Positions 18,701 to 30,600 of a stretch of DNA of 64,000 bases are shown here, one piece after another. The position numbers were made by a program, and so were the translations under genes. This DNA is from a virus. Lineage: Duplodnaviria; Caudoviricetes. The notes beneath the pieces were generated by a model that saw only the letters and a list, made by a program, of their open reading frames with translations, made no database searches and was not told the origin of the DNA. The stretch spans positions 1-64,000 of IMG/VR virus record IMGVR_UViG_3300020036_001753; one strand, given 5' to 3'. How positions within the stretch are numbered: the first letter of the stretch is position 1; each line of letters opens with the position of its first letter.

Positions 18701-21651
18701 AATTAAAAGCTAATGAAGCAATATCAGATCAAAAAATTCTTCAAGAAAATGAAGTTCTACCAAAAGCTACTGAAAATACTGAAGTGGAAAAAACAGCGAA
18801 ACAAAAGAACGCTAGTCCACAAAGTGCAAAAAAGGATGGAAATAAAGATGAACTGGCTGGGGTTCCGGAAAAGACAGTAAAGCCTAAGGCTCCTAGTAAA
18901 GCTAAAACAAAGAAAGTATCAGAAGAATTAGGAGGACTGCTTAATGAACTTAGAGATGAAATCAAGAAGCCTGATTTAGGTATTGCAGATAATAATAGGT
19001 TAACTGATTTAGTAGCAAGAATTATAGCTAAGTTAATAGAACTTGGTTATGTTGCTATTGAAGATATGTTAACTTATATTTATCGTAATATTCCTGATGT
19101 ATTCGACGCCGTGTTCCCTGTAGTTAAGACTGAGTATGTGAAAGCTGTTAATGCAGGTAATATTAATAGAATTATAACTGACGAGCAAATAGAAGCAATT
19201 ACCAAAGAATCTATAATTAACGATACTGTCGAGATTATAGATGCTAATGCTAATGCTTTCTTGTTAGACGCAATGATTATTTCTGATATGCCTGATGGTG
19301 GTATTGTGCCAATAGATACTAATAAAGGTATTTATCAAATTAAAGATAAGGCTACTGAAGAAAGAATTAATGCTATGCGTGATTTGAAAGTTGGAGATAT
19401 AGTTGAATTGTCTATTGATAGAAATTCTACTTTTCATCAAGAAAATTTGAATAATGCTGCAATAGTTATTACTATTAATGGAGTACGACTCGGCTACCTT
19501 AATACTATAGGGAGCATTGAAAAAGCTTTAGTTAAGTTCGGTGCAAATACCAAATTTGGTACTACTTTAAGAGCTAATTTAATTGCTACTAAGAAACTGC
19601 GTAACCTTGTTTATAATAGTAACAAACCTATAAATGTTAAGGTAGCTAGAAAAACTAGCGGTACTAAAATACAAGGAACTTTAAAAAATATAAAAGACGT
19701 TTTGCTAGATGGGTTTGAAATATACTTTGGTAATGATAGAGAAAACTCTGGTAAAAACACTGTTCCTGATCTTGAGCATGTAATTACCGGTAAAGTTTTT
19801 ACTAGAAATGCTGACGGATTATCTTATTACAATCATGATGCTGAATATGATACTGGAGCATTTTATGCATTAGTTGCTGGATGGAATAGTGATGGTACGA
19901 TAGCTACTCAAATTCCTTTAAGATTACGTATGAGTAACTTATCTAAAGAGGATGCTAAGAATACTTATAGCATTATTAGAGAAATACTTATGCTTGTTTA
20001 TAAAACTCCTAATATTGAATTAAATAATCAGGAGCTTTTAGACTTAAAAGATAAGCTATCTAATTATATATTGGTCAATAAAAATAATGTCAATACTGAT
20101 GGTAGTGTTCCTGTTCCTGGATTCAAAGTTCATAAAGATCGTATTGAGTTTCTAGCAATGGATAATAATGCTGATGGTAGACCTACATACGCTTTAGCTA
20201 CTATCTACTTTAATTATGATACAGGTATTCCAATGCTTACTCTTAATAAATGGCATGGAGGTACTAAGCGTTATGAGAATCAAGAAGCATTTAATAAAGC
20301 TTATGATCAAAAGCCTTATTTAACTACAACTATTGGCGGTACTGTTGGTAGAGATAGAATAGTTTCTTTATTGGAAACTAAGCTGTATAACGGATCAATA
20401 GCTAAACTAAGGTCAGGAGAACAATCTTTACAGGATTGGATTGATGCTGGAAGATTTCAAACAGATACTGGAGTTCTTTTGGATACTGAAGGTAATCCTG
20501 TTAGTAACTTCATGGCACAAAATCCTAAGAATACTAAGACTCAGGAAGGTAATTTAGTTATATCGTTGGAAACAACTCCAACAACTGTTTCTAAAAGAAA
20601 ATCTAAAGCTAAACCTAAAGCTAAAAAAGAAACAGTAGTTGAAGAGGAGGTTGCACAACCTGCGGTATTAGAGTCTGTTGCTACTAATATTACAGTCGAG
20701 CAAAGTGCATTGAAGGATAGAATCGAAGCTATTCAACCTTTAATTTCTCAAGATAAAACAAATTACTATATTGAAGGAGATGCTTATGAAAGAGTTTCTA
20801 ATGTAATTAAAGACTATTACGATCAACCTGGAAGTAGTTCTACTGATAACACTAGTGCAGGAACTAGAATAGATGAAGTAATTAGAGAGTTCTTTATTAG
20901 TGGTAAAAAAGAAACAAGCGTTCCAGGAATATCTGATAAAGTTTTAACGTATCTTTATAACGAATTAGAAGAAATTAATAATAGGATTGTTGCTGCTGGT
21001 AAAATAGTATTAGCTAGTAATGTTAAAGTGTTTCATAGAGATGGGTTAATTGCAGGAGAAATAGATTTACTTATCCTAAATCCTGATGGTACTGTAGAAA
21101 TTTATGATATTAAAACAAGTACTCGTAGTACAGTTTCTCCTGGTTATAAAAAATCTTCTGGTGCTTATATAAGCTACGCTAAGCATCATGCTATTCAGCA
21201 ATCTTTATATAAAGTTATATTTGAAAATCAGTACGGTACAGAAGTAAAAAGAATAGCAATATTACCTTTCCAAATTGAACTTGACCAAGCTGGTAATGTT
21301 ATTGATATAGTTAGAGAAGCTGGAATACCTTTAGTTTTTGATGAAGATGCTAACACTATTATTCAAAATAAGATAGCTAAACGAAACGGTACGGAAGTAA
21401 TAGAAGAAGATGGCTTCGATTTAAGTGAAGAAGAATTAGAGTTAGGGGAAGTTGAAGATAATACTCCTACTATAGCTGATTATGAAAGTAGTTTACAAAC
21501 TCTCGTTAATGGAGCTATAGAACAGATTAATAACGGAGAATATGATATAGTCATAAAATCTAGAGGGCTTAGTAAAGAAGCTATCTTAGATGAACTTAAT
21601 AATGTTGCTACTACAAAAGATTTTGCTCAAATATTAAAAAAACTTTGTTGA
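15745..21651 (+). CDS. giant ejected virion protein: N-terminal membrane helices, HIRAN-like module, C-terminal PD-(D/E)XK nuclease
   Basis: Hydrophobic Gly-rich helices at the N-terminus. LKVGDIVEL...NAAIVITINGVRLGYL is HIRAN-like. AGEIDLL...IYDIKT...HAIQQSLY is a RecB/Cas4-type nuclease signature. Confidence 0.7.
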   Translation: MTTTDPNAINILSPKDKSFIIPTTEGDYYSVYGEQPAVVPMDVSRYEKFFPNKNVQLLPDMDRYRASQQSTWAQAGGFLMQSLIGEVVGGTISGFGNLYEGVKDLINVADPNYDSDFNNIVVEIGQSIKDFGKDKFPIYRENPGKAWDVGDPAWWAENAVSIASTLSLLIPATGTVKGLGAIGKALGIADKASEVAQYWGKVGTTAGLMRHMENYQEALEVVNTTKQEVGATTNQMSDEEFLEFASNTEAGKEMIADGRDITRENYANYVGSKSGWHSYKVNASNIVFDLIQTAGIFKALKGRTRTGNAGLSSVAMAEASAVGKPLTGLAKYSTNYKGGLMMLGEAATEGLEEVVNFIGGEEGKVEGKRLIGQDPLEDTEGRIGAYLKEGHLWEQFFWGAIGGGVFAGIGRAAQSRTTKELEGQKLAEIENRKSLIEELNTKYKSVEDQLKAGTITKANADMQMSQLARTMGHRMGISAATAGNVDSLLNMINNPDYLEQFKVDAKTPEQAAIAKAEVLAELTDNILTAEKIYKGYYNKVWAEPVSERTKGQLVAIQTDIALDLVSKEKELTKLKTDNSTRLNEHKSLTQSTTPTDTFIRDAKVIALANIDAAVKAGEIPESQVARLSEESKRLQEEIAELDGRIGNSNRKSSSLNELDKALAEDLILEQITSSLVNTQKDQLRQVTKPDAAKKLDNKNKEEALAVAKAKEQLYKESITAAVDESAIDEAFLTTAIKTPGTSKEMQAFLKGELTRLQEINKNKAAATPSTPAPATAASSVNLNNIPDPVEATTKPEATKPSTTKPTEATALAVIDPAKRASFTKRVATIVKDTTTGRNAAIDSFIKGLLDMAPTEAAEQALQPAIDYLNSLKIVKETVPEVVPETVATAPKEDKSMPKPASELTDAELAGIVEAPAITNTEKEFIEAADKILPKNMINARNNGWNPVTGKKEGTQYELTRLYLAQLASDKFNSMLEELDASFKEKQLKANEAISDQKILQENEVLPKATENTEVEKTAKQKNASPQSAKKDGNKDELAGVPEKTVKPKAPSKAKTKKVSEELGGLLNELRDEIKKPDLGIADNNRLTDLVARIIAKLIELGYVAIEDMLTYIYRNIPDVFDAVFPVVKTEYVKAVNAGNINRIITDEQIEAITKESIINDTVEIIDANANAFLLDAMIISDMPDGGIVPIDTNKGIYQIKDKATEERINAMRDLKVGDIVELSIDRNSTFHQENLNNAAIVITINGVRLGYLNTIGSIEKALVKFGANTKFGTTLRANLIATKKLRNLVYNSNKPINVKVARKTSGTKIQGTLKNIKDVLLDGFEIYFGNDRENSGKNTVPDLEHVITGKVFTRNADGLSYYNHDAEYDTGAFYALVAGWNSDGTIATQIPLRLRMSNLSKEDAKNTYSIIREILMLVYKTPNIELNNQELLDLKDKLSNYILVNKNNVNTDGSVPVPGFKVHKDRIEFLAMDNNADGRPTYALATIYFNYDTGIPMLTLNKWHGGTKRYENQEAFNKAYDQKPYLTTTIGGTVGRDRIVSLLETKLYNGSIAKLRSGEQSLQDWIDAGRFQTDTGVLLDTEGNPVSNFMAQNPKNTKTQEGNLVISLETTPTTVSKRKSKAKPKAKKETVVEEEVAQPAVLESVATNITVEQSALKDRIEAIQPLISQDKTNYYIEGDAYERVSNVIKDYYDQPGSSSTDNTSAGTRIDEVIREFFISGKKETSVPGISDKVLTYLYNELEEINNRIVAAGKIVLASNVKVFHRDGLIAGEIDLLILNPDGTVEIYDIKTSTRSTVSPGYKKSSGAYISYAKHHAIQQSLYKVIFENQYGTEVKRIAILPFQIELDQAGNVIDIVREAGIPLVFDEDANTIIQNKIAKRNGTEVIEEDGFDLSEEELELGEVEDNTPTIADYESSLQTLVNGAIEQINNGEYDIVIKSRGLSKEAILDELNNVATTKDFAQILKKLC

Positions 21652-21652
21652 T

Positions 21653-24600
21653 ATGATAGCTTGTCCAAATAAGAACTTTAGAACTAATCCCGATCAGAAG
21701 TTATCTGATTGGGATTCCTTAGTTAATAATATAGGTGAAATACCTGCTTTAACTGCCTTTATAGAAAACAACTACAATATACCTGCTATGGGTACTCCAG
21801 TAGCTGTTGCTGATAATACTTTAGTAAACTTACAAAAAGCTGATGAAGATTATTCTTCTACAACAGCAGAAGAATTAAAAGCAACTATTAAAGAAGTAGC
21901 TATTCGTGCTGCTAATAGAATTGGTGGTACAGTCGATTTTTATTTTGATAAATACGAACCGATTAGAGGAAAGAATGCAGGTATGAAATCTTCTATCAAT
22001 CTGGCTAAAGCTAGATTAGATACTCCTATTCATGAAATTTTAGGACACCCTATTATCAAAGTTCTTAAACTTCTAAGTAAAGAACAAAGAACTAAATTTG
22101 TTTGGGATGAACATTATGCTGTTGTAATTACTCCTACAGAAGATAACTTATATTGGAGTTATACTGAAATAGGATTAACTAACAAAACGCAAGTAGAACC
22201 TGCAAATATACAGATTTTCGATTCTAAAGAAGAAGCAGAAACATATCATGATATTAGAAAGCGTAATTTTGAAAAAGAAATTATAACCCCAGCTAGAAAT
22301 AATCTTTATAATAATCTTCTTAAGGAACTTGAAACTGGAAGAGGTAAGGAAGTATTAGATAGAGTACAAAAAGATTATAATGATAAAGAAGATTATGTAG
22401 TAAATAAAGCTAATCTATTAAAACAACTTCAACATTATAGTGATAATATAATAGATATAAATAATATTGTCATTAATCGTGTTTTTAATAATGAAACTAA
22501 CACGTTTACTATAAAGTCAATATCATATAATGCTGTTTATGATATTGGTATGGGTAAAACAAGAGAAAGTGAGCATAGTTATAATATAACAAAAGATTCT
22601 TTTTCCGATAAACTTCTTGAGAAGGCTAAATACACTTTAGAAGAACAACAAGAAGAAGCTATTGTAGAACTTCTTGGTATGCTAACAGCTGAAAAGTTAG
22701 ATAAAATTAAAGATAGTAGCTTAATAGCTTTACTTAAAGAGTTATTAAAGACTATATCTGATTTTGTTAAAACTTTGATTACTGCTAAAGAAATAGTAGT
22801 AGAAGATTTACCGGAAGAACTTACTTTAGAAGATTTGGCTAATATCTTTGCATATTCAGAAAGTAAGATTATTTTACCTGGATATAAAGCAGAATACAAA
22901 ACTCCTGATGGTCAGGTATTTTCTACTAATGCAGAAGCACAAAGACATTTAACTAAGTTATTATATCAAGAGCCGCAGCTGATAGAAGAGGAAGAGGATC
23001 AAGATTATGTTTCTTCTATTACCTATTTTCATAAGAACAAGATTTATAGATTTAAAATTAATCCTTCTATAGGAACTGATCAACCCTTTAATGTTATATA
23101 TGGGCTTGATATTCGCACTAATGATAATGCTTGGTTTTTAGTAAGCGAAGATAACACGTTTTCTAGAAAATTAACAGAGGAAGAAGTAATTAACTATTAT
23201 AATAATGAACTTTATTCATCTAATAAAGACTTTAAACAAGGCCGATTTCTTAGTATTAACAAAGAACTAGAAGAAGGCTTAGCAATTATTGAAGCTTATA
23301 AAAAAGAAAATAATATTAAGTATAATCCTCAAGAAGCTTATAATAGAGATCAAGAGTTTATATCTGTTATGGGGGCTTATGGCGGAGTTGATATTGATAT
23401 ATTTATTGCAAATTTACAACAACATGTAATAGATCATGCTAAAGCTGGATCAAGATTCGATTTAAGTGTAACTACTGCAAAAAAGAATAGTAGCTATCGT
23501 AATATAAAAGGGCATTTTAAAGGAAATAGAATTATCATTAAATTCTATCCACAACCTGAAGATATTAATTGGGTATCAAATACTGATAATTATTCAGGTA
23601 GTGTAAGAAGAGAAGATATTCATGCAGCTGATGTCGTATCTACAAAACCTGGAGAAGTTGTTGGAGTTAGTTTTACTAAAAGTCCAAGTAAACAGAATCT
23701 TTATTCAATAAAACCTAGTATAGCTGAAGCTATTGATAATGTAGCAGGCTATACAGAATTAGCTGTACAAATTACTGAAAATAATCATAGAATAATTTAT
23801 GAATCTGATGTACCGTATGCTACTAAAAGGTTAATAGATAAATATAATCAATGGTTAGATACCAAGTATGGTAAGGTAAAAGAACTGCCAAAAAGTGATA
23901 TGACTACTTTAAAATATGAAGTATGGATTGATCCTCTTCAAGAATACATAGATAGTGGTTGGGATATTGAATTTATAAAACGTTTTGATACTCCAGAAGA
24001 AGCACAAGAATTTATATTAGAAGCTCAAGAAAGATATTCTGCAGGAGCTCTTTATATGAAAGAAGTTGCTAAACCTGCGGAAACAGCACAAAAAGAAGTA
24101 GTGTCTATTAAAGAAGTTACTGATAAGATGTTTCCTAATATTGTTAAACCTGATATTAGTCAATTATATGTTGAAGAAACTATGCTTGGTAATAATGCGA
24201 TTGATGAAAGTGGAAACTATATACAAGAATATGCTGTAATTACTAATGGTGGGCTAGAAACAGGATTTGTTTTTGCTACTATTGAAGCTGCACAAGCTCA
24301 AGTTGATGAGTTAAATAAAGGAGTAGAAAGTTCTAAATTTTATGAAGTTGAACAAAGAAATAGATTAGATATTAAATATGTATTTTTATCAGATAACAAA
24401 TTTATTAAAGAAGCAATAAACAAATTAGATTTGATAGATGGTTTTAAAACAGAACGAGAATTATTAAATAAAAGATTATTAGTAATAAATACAGCAATAG
24501 AATTTTATAATGATGAATTAAAAAATTCAAATAAGTATAATATTAATACTAATCGTCAGCTAGAAATTAACAAAAAGATAGCTGATTTAAAAGAAGCTGA

Positions 24601-27600
24601 ACTACGTTATCCAAGAGGACTTGTTACTAGTTCTGTTGTACCTGATGGAACTAGTATGGTTAATGATGGTACTATTGCATGGCAAAAAGTAGAAAGTACT
24701 GAAAATCCTAAGAAAGCAAAAGTAGAGGGCATTAACATCTTTACTAAATCTACTGATAAATTAGGTAGACAGCTGACTAATCCAAATTGGGGCGCTAAAG
24801 AAATAATGGATATTGAAGCAGTTTATAAAGCAAATGCTTCTCGAATAAAAGCTCCTCAATTAGATGCACAAGCTGCTTTAGTTTATGATAAAAATTTAAT
24901 GTATTCTTTGCAGGTTCAAAAGTTTAGAAATCATCCTGAATTAATAGAAGAGATTAATAAAAGAGGAGGATTAGATTTTATATTAGCTAGTAGCCATGAA
25001 ACAGGAGAAAAGAATAGTAGATGGACAGGCACAGGAATGGAGAGTAATTTTATTCAAGTTCTAGCTAAATCTTATGAAACTGTAGCTAAAGAACTTAATA
25101 AATTTATAGATAAATCAGCCGAACAGCAGATAACTAAACCAAGTAACTCTACTAAACCTGATGTAATATTACCTATAGGTACAAGTGGTAGTGGTAAATC
25201 TACGTGGATTAGTTCTATAAATAAAGATAATAAATTTGTTGTTATTTCTCCAGACGAAATGCGAGTTGAATTTACTGGAGATATGAATGACAAATCTAAA
25301 GATAAAGAAATTTATGAAGAAGCTGCTAAAAGAACTATACAAGCTATAAAAGATGGCAAGCAAGTTATATTTGATACAACCAATCTTACTAAAGATAAAA
25401 GACGTCCTTTTATTAATGCTATTAAAGCAGCATTGCCTAATGCTAATATTCAGTATAAATTAATGCCTTTAAATCCTGAATTAGCTAAACAAAGAATTAA
25501 GGCAGATATAGCAGCAGGTAAAAATAGAGCTAATGTACCTGATGCTACGATAGACAGACACGCTATTTCTTATGCAGAAATGTTAGAAGATATAAAATCA
25601 GAAGATATTTCTAACTATGACGATGTTGTTACAACAACGAATAATACTCCTATCGTAGATTCATTATCAGAAGATAAAAAAGCTCGTAAGAGTTCTAGGT
25701 ATAAAGGTATGGAGTCTTTACAAAGACAATTTACTTTAACTGATATTGAAATTTATGTTAATCATATATCGCTTAGAGCAATGCAATTTATTAATAAATT
25801 TGCAGATGTCACTAATGCTGACAAAATTGCTAATCCTGGTAAATACGATATTAAAGCTAATATATTAGTAGCTTTAAAAAAGCACACAAATTCTTTACTT
25901 CTACAGGGAGATAAGGAAGGTGCTACTGAAACTAAACGAATCGTTAATAACTTTGATGACTTTTGGAATCTTGCTGTAGAAGAAGTAGATCGTAAGTTAA
26001 ACTATGATATTAGTGATGAACAAATGCCTGCTAAATATGATGGTAATACTAAATTAACTAAAACTTGGGACGATGCAGCAGCATTTAGTATCTCTAGTAA
26101 AGAGTCATTTGATAAGGAAATTAAACGTATCATAATGACTACTCCTAAAGTAGCTAATACTGACTTTGCTTACAGAGGAGGAGAGTTTGTATATACTAAC
26201 GATGATGAAAGATTTTCTAGAGATAATAAAGCTAGGTTAATTACTGGACTTGATTTTAATACATTATACCCATTCATCTTATCACAAATGTCTGGACTTT
26301 CTACAGATCAGGAAATGATGGATAGATTGTATTATCTTAAAGATACAGAACCTAGTATGTTATTGCTATGGGATAAAATTTCTAAAGATCCTTTGCTTAG
26401 GAATAAATGGTTTGCTAACTTTAATAAAGCTTATTATCCTGCAAAATACTATAGGATTTCAGATACAGCAGGTAAACTGATTATAAGACGAGATACTGCT
26501 AATAAACAGTTTGTGCTTGCTGATACCTGGTCTAATCGGCTTAAAGTACTGATTACCTATTCAAACAACAACCCTGAAAAAACGGTGTTCTCTAAGGCAC
26601 TTTTAAGCGAAATTACGGCACTCATAAATTCAAAGGGGTCATTGGAAGATCGAATTAAAAACGTCGCTCTTGCCTATCAGAAAATAGGCATAGACTTAAA
26701 ATCTGACGTACTTAGTAAGATCGTAAATAACCCACTATTTTGGGCGGAAGCAGAAACGGCTGAAGAGTTTTTTGATAAAGAAATAGTACTTAATTTTAAG
26801 AAAATCGGTAATACTCTCTTTAATCAAAAAGAAATTAAGTTTAATGCTCAGGGTTATATTAATAAAGTAGCAGAGTATGCACAAGTTTATTATTATAATG
26901 TGATTGAATCTAGCTATTATACTGGCGGAGGAGAGTCGGTTTATTCTTACAATAAACCTAATTTTCTTACTAGATTTTTTAATAAGTTTACTAGATTAAA
27001 TAAGGTTGACAGTCTAGATGCTACTAAAGATAAGCAAGATATTCTGGATTTTATTAAGGAGTATATGCAAGATACTGGTATGATATTCAGTAATTGGGTA
27101 TATGAGAATGGTAGTAATAATACCTTTTTGAAAGTTCGTCAAGGTGAAAAGACTTTAGAGGAATTGACAATTGATGATCTTAATATCGAAGCTATTAAAA
27201 ACTTTGAGTTTAATTTACTTGATACAGTTAAACAAGAGAATAGTAATGTTGTTGTGGATTATTCTTCTATGAGTGGTGAAGATTGGAAGATGTTTACGTT
27301 ACTAGAATACTTGAATGGCGCAAAAGGATTTGCCAACATCCCTATATTGATACAGAGTGATAGTAGCAATATTTATACGCTGCAATTACCTAAGATTAGT
27401 ATATACGAAGCTGGTTCAGTTTTTACTGATAAAGGCATTAAGCGTAGCTCTAAGCTATTTAAAGCTGTAGAAAATACAGTTATTCAAGAAATAGCTAGAA
27501 TGCAAGTAGCTAAAAATTTGTTATTCGATGAAATTAAGAATGATGCTGGCGTAGTTATAGGCTTATCACCTAAGCAGTTTGATAATGCTATGCTTGCTTC

Positions 27601-30600
27601 TTTAGAACAAGGTTATCATTATGATACTTTAGGTAAAGATGGTCAACCTATTCTATTAGATTCTGCAGGATTTCCTACTGGAAGAGTATTTAAATTTCAG
27701 AATACTAATTATAGTTCTGCTACTGGAGAGATTATAAGTCTTAATAATTCTCCAGAGTTGTTTAGCTTTGGTATCTTTAGAAGAGATATGGTTAGAAATC
27801 TAATTATCAATGATCATATTGAAAGCTTTATTAATGATCTTGTTAAGTCTCATCTTAAGATTTATAAATCTTTTGAAGGCAATATAACTATAGCAGAGAA
27901 GGGTAAGAAAACAAAGTTGTTAAGTAGCTATTCTAATTACGCAGACTTTATAGCGGAGTTTGCTATCAATACTTATTTATCTAATGTAGAGCAGTCTAAT
28001 TGGATGTCTGGTCTTTTAGGACAATATAAGTCTTGGGTTGAAAGTAATAAGAGAGCTAAGCAATTAACTTCTCCTGCACAAACTGCTGGAACTGCTTATA
28101 GAGGAGTTACATATAAAGCTGCTGTTGTAGAAGATGCAAACCTAGCATCTTCCTATCTACAGGGAATAAAAGCCAGTTTGATTAGCAGTCTGAAAAATAA
28201 ATATCCTGGTTTAGTATACAGAGAGAAAACAAAAGCTAAACGTAATGCTTTAGAAATTGAAGTAGATAAGATTTTAAAAGCTTATAGCAGGACTACTGTT
28301 TCTGATGGACAATCATATATGACTTTGGATAGGCTTGAAAAAGTACTTAAGGATTTTGGAAGATGGAATAAGAAGTATGAGATGCTTTTTGCTAAAATTA
28401 AAGCTGGTGCAACCTTAACTGAAAATGATATTAGTTTATTACTTGTACCTATGAAACCTTATTACTATTACAAAAATGTAAATGGTAATACAAGTTCTGT
28501 AAGATCAACTCAAGTAAAGACAGCTATCATTCCTTTGATTCCTCAATTGATTAAAGGTACTGGTTTGGAAAGAGTTCTAGCTAACATGGAGAAAAATAGT
28601 GTTGATGAGATTTATTTTAAATCTGCGGTTAAAGTAGGCGGAACTTATACAAACAAGATACTTGATAATAAAGGAAATGTTCTTAAGAACTTTGATCTTA
28701 TTGCTGCTGATTATTACAACGAAGGATGGGGATTGCAATTAGATTTACCTCAACACTTGAAAGATCAGCAAAATAAGTTAGGGATACAGATAGCTAAGTT
28801 AATATTCAGTAACTTACCTGCTACAACACAATTTGCTGTAGGAAGTACTACCTATACTGGCGAGCAGTTATTTAAACTGTTTACAGATTTGCAAGAAGCC
28901 AATCTTAAGCAGGACTTAAATACTTTGCTAGAGGAACTTGGAGTATTCAGATTTGAGGAATTGTATGATGCTTTAGATAGTTTAAATACTGGTAGAGTAA
29001 GTGATCCTTCATTTGGATTTACTGATTATAATAAAGTTGCTGAGATTCTTAAAGATGAGATAATCAAACGTAATTTACCTTTGCATTATCTTAACTTTAT
29101 TGAATTAGATCCATTAGATAATACGTTTAAGATACCATTGTCTTTAGGATTTTTAGGTAACAAGTTTCAACAAATTCTTACAGCATTGTTTACTAATAGA
29201 ATAACAGATCAAAAGTTTCCTGGGGGTCACGTTGCTCTTATTAGTGATATTATGTTTACGCATATTGAAAATCCAACAGACTTAGGTATAGAATTTATTA
29301 GTACTGGAGAAAAAGGTAAGGAAGTTCAAGAGAGATTAAAATCCGGTAACTTTAGATTACAGCCTCCGATTATTGTAAATGAAACTACTTTGAAAGTAGA
29401 AGCTATTATGCCTGCTTGGAGTAAGAAGTTTTTTAAGAATGGTAATAGAGTATCTATTAACGAAATTCCTGAAGAGCTTAGGACTATGGTTGGTTATAGA
29501 ATTCCAACTGAAGAAAAGTATTCAATGGTAGTATTAGAAGTTATTGGATTTGCTCCTGAAGGTCTTGATACGTTTGCAATACTTCCTGGCGAATTAGTTA
29601 CTAAAACTGGTTGGGATTTTGATATTGATACATTGTATCTAATGCAAAAAACTTTCGATGTTAATCTGAAAGAATATAAATATACAACAGATAGAGATAA
29701 GTTGTTTAGACAATTTGTTATCAATAGAACTAATGTTAATATTTATAAAGATTTTGCAGAAGATAAGAAAGCTATTATCAAAGATTTTGCAGAATTTTAT
29801 GGAGTGCCTGCTGATAACTTAGGTGAAGTATTTGATTATCTTAATCAGCTTATCGCAGATGAAAAGGAACGTCAATCTTTACTTGATTGGATTGATAATT
29901 CAGATATTACAGCATTACGGTTCGATATTGAATATGTAAAAGCTATAGGACAAGAAATAGCAGAAGCAAAAGCACGTATTGCTACGACTGAAGAAATGTA
30001 TCGTGATGAATTTAATGCCTATACTACTGAGGAACTAAATAGTAAAGCTGCTCGGAATAATAGAATATTTGATATCTTCAAAGGTATCCTATCTTCTCCT
30101 GATATATACGCACAAGCTATGACACCTGGTGCATTTTCTGATATGGCTGATCTTAAAACTAAAGTTGAAAAGCTAATAGGAGATTCAGGTAGTCGTTATA
30201 ATCCTCATACTAGGGCTGGTCAAGATAGCTTTAGAGATAAGAATATTTCTGGAGTTATTCTTAAAGGTATTTCTGCTTCTATTAATGGAGCGTTGCCTAT
30301 ATTCCAGCAAACAGAGTCTCAATTTAGTGACGATTTAGCTTTCACTATAATAGAGAATGGCGAAACAAAAATATATAAAGCTATAGGTAAAAGAGATGAC
30401 GGCACTGTTTATGGTGAAAACGGTAATCTTATTACTAATGGTACTGCACAATTACTTGGTAATACTGTTGATATTGTTAAGGAAGGATTTCCCTATAATA
30501 TAAACGTGGAGACAGTTTATATATTTTCTGCAATGCTTATAACAGGTATTAGTATTGATTATGCTGGTACGTTTATACGTCAACCTATAGTAAATAAATA

